Origin: Amoeboradix gromovi X-113 | Taxonomy: Eukaryota > Fungi > Sanchytriomycota | Assembly: GCA_018985225.1 (NCBI GenBank) | Contig: JADGIF010000365.1 | Coordinates: forward strand, 1-10,044 | Length of the DNA: 10,044 nt | Direction of reading: 5' to 3' | In this document: one piece after another, positions 5,776 through 10,044 of the stretch | Position numbering within the stretch: the first letter of the stretch is position 1 | Layout: each line of letters starts with the position of its first letter | Notes under the pieces: generated by a model | Seen by the model: only the letters and a program-made list of their open reading frames with translations | Databases searched by the model: none | Told to the model about the DNA's origin: nothing | Translations under genes and position numbers: made by a program

Positions 5776-8196
5776 ATGCTCAATTTCAGGAACAAAATAG
5801 AAAAGCTATTTAAAAAGAGCGAGGAGAGTGAAGGACTACTGACAGTCAATACTGAACTGCTGTCTAACAGCCAGATTAACACTTTTTCTAGCGGTCTAAG
5901 CGCTATTTTATTAGGTGAGCTTTTAATCATTCTAGATGCAATAAGCTATGGTTTATTAATATTTCCATCGAACCAAAAGTATTTTGAAAATACCGGTAGC
6001 GATGGTATATCTATGTTTTTGGTTTCTACTATTGTGTCTCAATTATTATTCGCCGTAACGTCGCAATTTAAATGTGTAAACGGTTCCATGATGATTGAAG
6101 TTATTCCTTTCCTTCATACCATTTGTTCTTATGTTTCGTCTTCGGTACAGCCTCATCAGATTATGCCTACCGTTATGGTATCGTATGCGCTTTCCAGTGT
6201 CATGACGGGGCTTGTTTTTTTTGTCTTGGGCTATTTTAAAATGGGTGAGACCATGGAATTCTTTCCTAGACATATACTTATCGGTACTATTGGCGGGGTT
6301 GGATGGTTTTTGATTCAAACTGCTATCGAGGTAACTACGCAGCTTCGCTTTCATTGGGATTTCTTGTTTATCCAAGAACTATTTGAATTCCGCAATATAA
6401 TTAAATGGGGTGCGGCACTACTATCTTGTGTTCTCTTGAGATTGCTGCAGCTTAAGTTCAAACAAACCTGGTTTGTTAGTCTTTATTTTTGCATTTTACC
6501 TCTACTGTTTTATCTCGTAGTTTTTATAACAAACACCCCAATCGATGAATTAAAAGACAACGGCTGGTTGTTTAGAATGCAAGTACAAACAGACGCACTT
6601 CACTTTTACAAGTATGTTCAGTTTAACAACGTAGATTGGAGTGCTATTCCACCTTTACTTCCTACCATTGTTTCAATGAGTTTCTTTGGTCTTTTACACG
6701 TCCCTATAAATATCCCTGCGCTAGCGATCAGTACAAAAACTGATATTAATCTGGACAACGAACTAAAGGCACATGGTTACTCAAATGTGCTAGCTGGTTT
6801 GCTATTTACTAATCAAAATTATTTAGTTTATAGCAATTCCGTGTTATTCATGAAATCGGGCGGAAACAATAGAGGACTAATGGTACTACTAGGTTTAGTT
6901 ACTACTCTTCTATGGGTTTTTGCTATGCCTTTGTTTCAATTTTTACCAATGATTGTAGTAGGTGCACTTATATTTCATATTGGTGTAGACCTGCTCAAAG
7001 AGAGTGTATATGATACATGGAAAGTAGTGTCAATTAGTGAGTATTCAAGCATAATTTTAATTATAGTAAGTATGATGTTTATTGGATTTACAGAAGGTGT
7101 TTTAATCGGAGTTGTTTGTGCTTGCATATTCTTTGTTGTTAAATCAAGTCAGATCAAAGTTATCAGGTCCATGTACACAGGTACCACAGCTAGAAGTACT
7201 GTAAGAAGGCTTTATCAACAAGAAAAGTATCTGGAATTAATGGGAAGTCAAATCCAGATAATTCAAATAAATGGATTTTTATTTTTTGGTACAATTAGGC
7301 AGATTAATGAGTTATTGAGCCAACTATTGAAGGAATGGGACAGTAATCCAATTAGATATATCATATTAGATTTGAAATTGGCACTGGGGATTGATTATAG
7401 TGCTGCAGAAGCGTTTATGAAGATCCATGACTTGACAATTAAAAAAAGAGTGTTTCTAATACTTAGTGGTGTAAATGAAGAAATATCACACTGGCTAAAG
7501 AAGGTGGGATGTTGGCAGAATGAGAGTGACTCAAATGTGGTCGTAGTCAATGATTTAAACAGTGCTCTAGAATGGGCAGAGAATGCACTACTGAGGTCAT
7601 TTTACAAGTTATCACAGCATGTGGATTACAAAGACATGATTCCAATGGATATAAATCAAATGTCTTATTCTCCGATGACTACTTTTTCTCCAAGGCAGGC
7701 GATGTCGCAAAAAGCATTTCAAAATGTGTATACAAAGCCTGCAGAGGTAAATGAAGATTTCAACTTGTTACGCTCTTGCATATATGAGATGGGCGGTAAC
7801 CCCGATTTGTATGTTAAAATACAGCCTTATTTTAAACGACGAACCTTCCAGAAAGATTCAATCTATTGGAGTAAAAACGATGCTAGTAATAATCTTGGCA
7901 TAATTCAAAAGGGACTATGCTTATTGACAGATGACTTTGATGTTGGATCTGTTTGCGAGACCACTATTCTTCCAGGTATAATATTTGGAGAAATGTCAAT
8001 GATATCAAATAAGTGTAGAGCTACTACTGCAACGTTTCTAGTAGATACCACATTATGGGAAATGAACAGAACCAAGTATGAGGAACTAAGAGTTGCTGAT
8101 CCTTTAATGTTGTTGGAGTTCATTACTTTAATGATGGCATATAATGACTTGCAAATGACTCATATTTCAAGGCAGCTATACCTGTTGAACAAGTAG
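5776..8196 (+). CDS. VSB1: SulP/SLC26-family transporter with STAS and C-terminal cyclic-nucleotide-binding-like domain (fungal Vsb1/YGR125W type)
   Basis: 806 aa. Subfamily motifs SMMIEVIPFLH, FFPRHILIGTIGGVGWFL, LHVPINIPAL, QNYLVYSNSVLF and ARSTVRR; STAS GFLFFGTI...IILD...GIDYSAAEAF; DLNSALEWAENALL; cNMP-like PGIIFGEM...RATT. Confidence 0.9.
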   Translation: MLNFRNKIEKLFKKSEESEGLLTVNTELLSNSQINTFSSGLSAILLGELLIILDAISYGLLIFPSNQKYFENTGSDGISMFLVSTIVSQLLFAVTSQFKCVNGSMMIEVIPFLHTICSYVSSSVQPHQIMPTVMVSYALSSVMTGLVFFVLGYFKMGETMEFFPRHILIGTIGGVGWFLIQTAIEVTTQLRFHWDFLFIQELFEFRNIIKWGAALLSCVLLRLLQLKFKQTWFVSLYFCILPLLFYLVVFITNTPIDELKDNGWLFRMQVQTDALHFYKYVQFNNVDWSAIPPLLPTIVSMSFFGLLHVPINIPALAISTKTDINLDNELKAHGYSNVLAGLLFTNQNYLVYSNSVLFMKSGGNNRGLMVLLGLVTTLLWVFAMPLFQFLPMIVVGALIFHIGVDLLKESVYDTWKVVSISEYSSIILIIVSMMFIGFTEGVLIGVVCACIFFVVKSSQIKVIRSMYTGTTARSTVRRLYQQEKYLELMGSQIQIIQINGFLFFGTIRQINELLSQLLKEWDSNPIRYIILDLKLALGIDYSAAEAFMKIHDLTIKKRVFLILSGVNEEISHWLKKVGCWQNESDSNVVVVNDLNSALEWAENALLRSFYKLSQHVDYKDMIPMDINQMSYSPMTTFSPRQAMSQKAFQNVYTKPAEVNEDFNLLRSCIYEMGGNPDLYVKIQPYFKRRTFQKDSIYWSKNDASNNLGIIQKGLCLLTDDFDVGSVCETTILPGIIFGEMSMISNKCRATTATFLVDTTLWEMNRTKYEELRVADPLMLLEFITLMMAYNDLQMTHISRQLYLLNK

Positions 8197-8222
8197 AAAT
8201 AAATACTATACGATTTATTTAT
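8197..8222. terminator. Convergent 26-bp gap carrying poly(A) signals for both strands
   Basis: AATAAA at 8198-8203 (+); TTTATT at 8214-8219 and 8218-8223 (AATAAA on -). Confidence 0.6.
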
Positions 8223-9770
8223 TTAAAACGTAAACTTCTGCTGTTGCGGTTGTCCAAAAGACAATGTTCCATCTTCATTCAATGCCTGTTCTGCCATGTT
8301 TTCTGACTGAAAATATTTGTCCAATAAATTGTTTGCCCTTTTGTATATCTCGTTATTGTTCATATGTGTCAGATTGCTCAATTTATCATAAGCGTTGTTT
8401 TCTTCAGCTATTGTCACATAAGGATTAAAGTATCCCTCAGTTTGGCCTTTTAAATCCCCCACTTTAAGAATATTTGTTAATCCATCCAAACACACCTGGA
8501 TAATGCCTATATCCATACAGGTCAACATGTCCAACAACGGCCCTATGCATCCGCAACTTACCAAATAGTCCACCTGATCTGGGTTCTGCATTCCACCTGT
8601 GGTGGCGTTACTTAGAGCCCAACATGCTTCTCTTTTTGTCTTCATGTCACCATGCTGCAGGCACTGTACAAGATTAGGAATCATACCGGCATCAATTACT
8701 TTTTGAATCTGGTTTGCGTTACCAGCAGTGATGTTTGAGATGGTCCAACAAGTTTCCTTCTTGATCGATGCTTTGTTTGAGCTCAACAGTCTGTACAACG
8801 GTTCCAACACATTGTTACTCAATACTAACTCAGTCTGCATGTCGCTACCAGTTACGATGTTTCCAATGCTGCGCAATGCAGGAGTTTGAACATTTGCATT
8901 TGGATGATTTAACAGTTCAATTAAGCGAGGAATAATACCAGATTTGATAACATGCTCAATTCTATCATTGCTTCCGTCACTCATATAGGAGATTGACCAC
9001 AACGAATCAACTAAGATCTCTTCATCCGAGGAGCTCAACAAATTCTTTAAAACAGGCAAAGCAGGTGCTAGGCAAGACCATTCAGCAATTGGGTGTTTAC
9101 CGCGGCAGAAGTTAGACAATGTCCATGTTGAATTGCGAACAAGCGACAGTTTAGAAGACTCTAAAGTTAATATTTGTAGCAGAGGCATCATAGCACCACA
9201 TGCTAGAACTGCATCACGACATTGAGGCGCATCACCGGCTATATTACCAAGGGCCCATACAGCCTGTTCTTTAACATCCATATATTCTGATTGTAGTAGA
9301 TTAACAAATTCAGGAACCGCACCACTTTCAATTACAGTGTTAGTCTGATCAGAGCTACCCGAAGCGATGTTTGTGAGAGCCCAAGCAGCCTCAAAGGATA
9401 TCACACTATTCTGACTGCGCAAAAGTTGAACAAGAACTGGAACAATTCCAGCAGAGATTATTTGATCAATTGGTGGATTGCGTTCCTTTGAGAGCATACG
9501 ACGGATCTGGACAACAGTACTTAGTAGGACCTTTTCATCATGGCGTTGGACGAGATTCTGTTTGATTACATGGTAGTCGTCACCCAAGTCCATATGTGGC
9601 ACCTGTTCTTGGTTGCTCTTGTCTTCGAAAATCATTCTTCGTTTTTGTAAGTTTTCCTCTCTTTTTTGTCTGCGCAACTGTAAAGTAGCATCTTCCCTTC
9701 TTTTTTTAACTTCATCAGCACCAAATTGACTTCTTTGTTTAAATGCTGATTCTCTAGACATTTGGGACAT
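8223..9770 (-). CDS. SRP1: Importin subunit alpha (karyopherin alpha, ~515 aa)
   Basis: IBB domain (KKRRED...[14 protein letters not shown]), ARM repeats ([61 protein letters not shown]) and C-terminal FTF. The first ATG at 9770 is preferred over the non-ATG start at 9872. Confidence 0.97.
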   Translation of the reverse strand: MSQMSRESAFKQRSQFGADEVKKRREDATLQLRRQKREENLQKRRMIFEDKSNQEQVPHMDLGDDYHVIKQNLVQRHDEKVLLSTVVQIRRMLSKERNPPIDQIISAGIVPVLVQLLRSQNSVISFEAAWALTNIASGSSDQTNTVIESGAVPEFVNLLQSEYMDVKEQAVWALGNIAGDAPQCRDAVLACGAMMPLLQILTLESSKLSLVRNSTWTLSNFCRGKHPIAEWSCLAPALPVLKNLLSSSDEEILVDSLWSISYMSDGSNDRIEHVIKSGIIPRLIELLNHPNANVQTPALRSIGNIVTGSDMQTELVLSNNVLEPLYRLLSSNKASIKKETCWTISNITAGNANQIQKVIDAGMIPNLVQCLQHGDMKTKREACWALSNATTGGMQNPDQVDYLVSCGCIGPLLDMLTCMDIGIIQVCLDGLTNILKVGDLKGQTEGYFNPYVTIAEENNAYDKLSNLTHMNNNEIYKRANNLLDKYFQSENMAEQALNEDGTLSFGQPQQQKFTF

Positions 9771-9881
9771 ACTTAATGAAAAGTAGACTGGGGGTAAGAG
9801 GGGACGACAAAAAGAAAAAGGATCCACACAGGTATCATGCGTTGCTGCTATATGATCTATCTGGGACACCAAATATAAAAA

Positions 9882-10043
9882 CTAGACTAACTCGTTTTTA
9901 AAGGTGCTCCATACGGAGGAAATGCTATCATTAATAAAAGATCTTCTATTGTACCAATTTACTTTCATTACTTTCAATCCCCTCTTCAAAATAAAACTAG
10001 AAGACCCTGCATCTCGTTCAAATATATGAGGTCTTTGAGCATC
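9882..10043 (-). CDS. Probable 3' end of an unidentified gene entering from the right edge
   Basis: Frame open from the window edge: DAQRPHIFERDAGSSSFILKRGLKVMKVNWYNRRSFINDSISSVWSTFKNELV, TAG at 9884-9882, followed by a T/A-rich tract. No family recognised. Confidence 0.4.
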   Translation of the reverse strand, partial: DAQRPHIFERDAGSSSFILKRGLKVMKVNWYNRRSFINDSISSVWSTFKNELV

Positions 10044-10044
10044 T

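Noticed and set aside
392-8123. Short nested or antisense ORFs in the track (392..634, 446..643, 1160..1369, 1457..1651, 2903..3157, 3087..3284, 3782..4003, 4085..4330, 4352..4552, 5724..5930, 6046..6375, 7572..7754, 7905..8123)
   Set aside because: They overlap better-supported genes, show no recognisable motifs, and have lengths expected for shadow frames.
9771-9872. 34-aa N-terminal extension of importin alpha from a non-ATG start
   Set aside because: Eukaryotic gene; ATG 9770 gives a normal IBB-first N-terminus.

Overview
AT-rich, extremely compact eukaryotic DNA in the standard genetic code (TAA/TAG end recognisable proteins). The genes are essentially intron-free and mostly separated by 16-110 bp. 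Gene content points to an early-diverging, flagellated or formerly flagellated fungus or other holomycotan; this is inference and the taxon cannot be fixed from this window. Left to right: a divergent SERINC/TMS1 membrane protein (-), a single-pass protein resembling the CatSper channel auxiliary subunit gamma (+), an unknown coiled-coil protein (-) that may continue upstream through a frameshift, a ~300-nt ORF-free and strongly base-paired segment that looks like an unclassified structured ncRNA (+), an IQCA1/DRC11-like IQ-AAA axonemal protein with a degenerate Walker A (-), a Vsb1/YGR125W-type SulP-STAS-cNMP transporter (+), importin alpha (-), and probably the 3' end of another gene at the right edge. 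The most interesting items are the candidate ncRNA and the shortened CatSper-gamma-like gene close to a likely ATPase-dead DRC11. All family calls come from motif recognition and manual base-pairing, not database searches.
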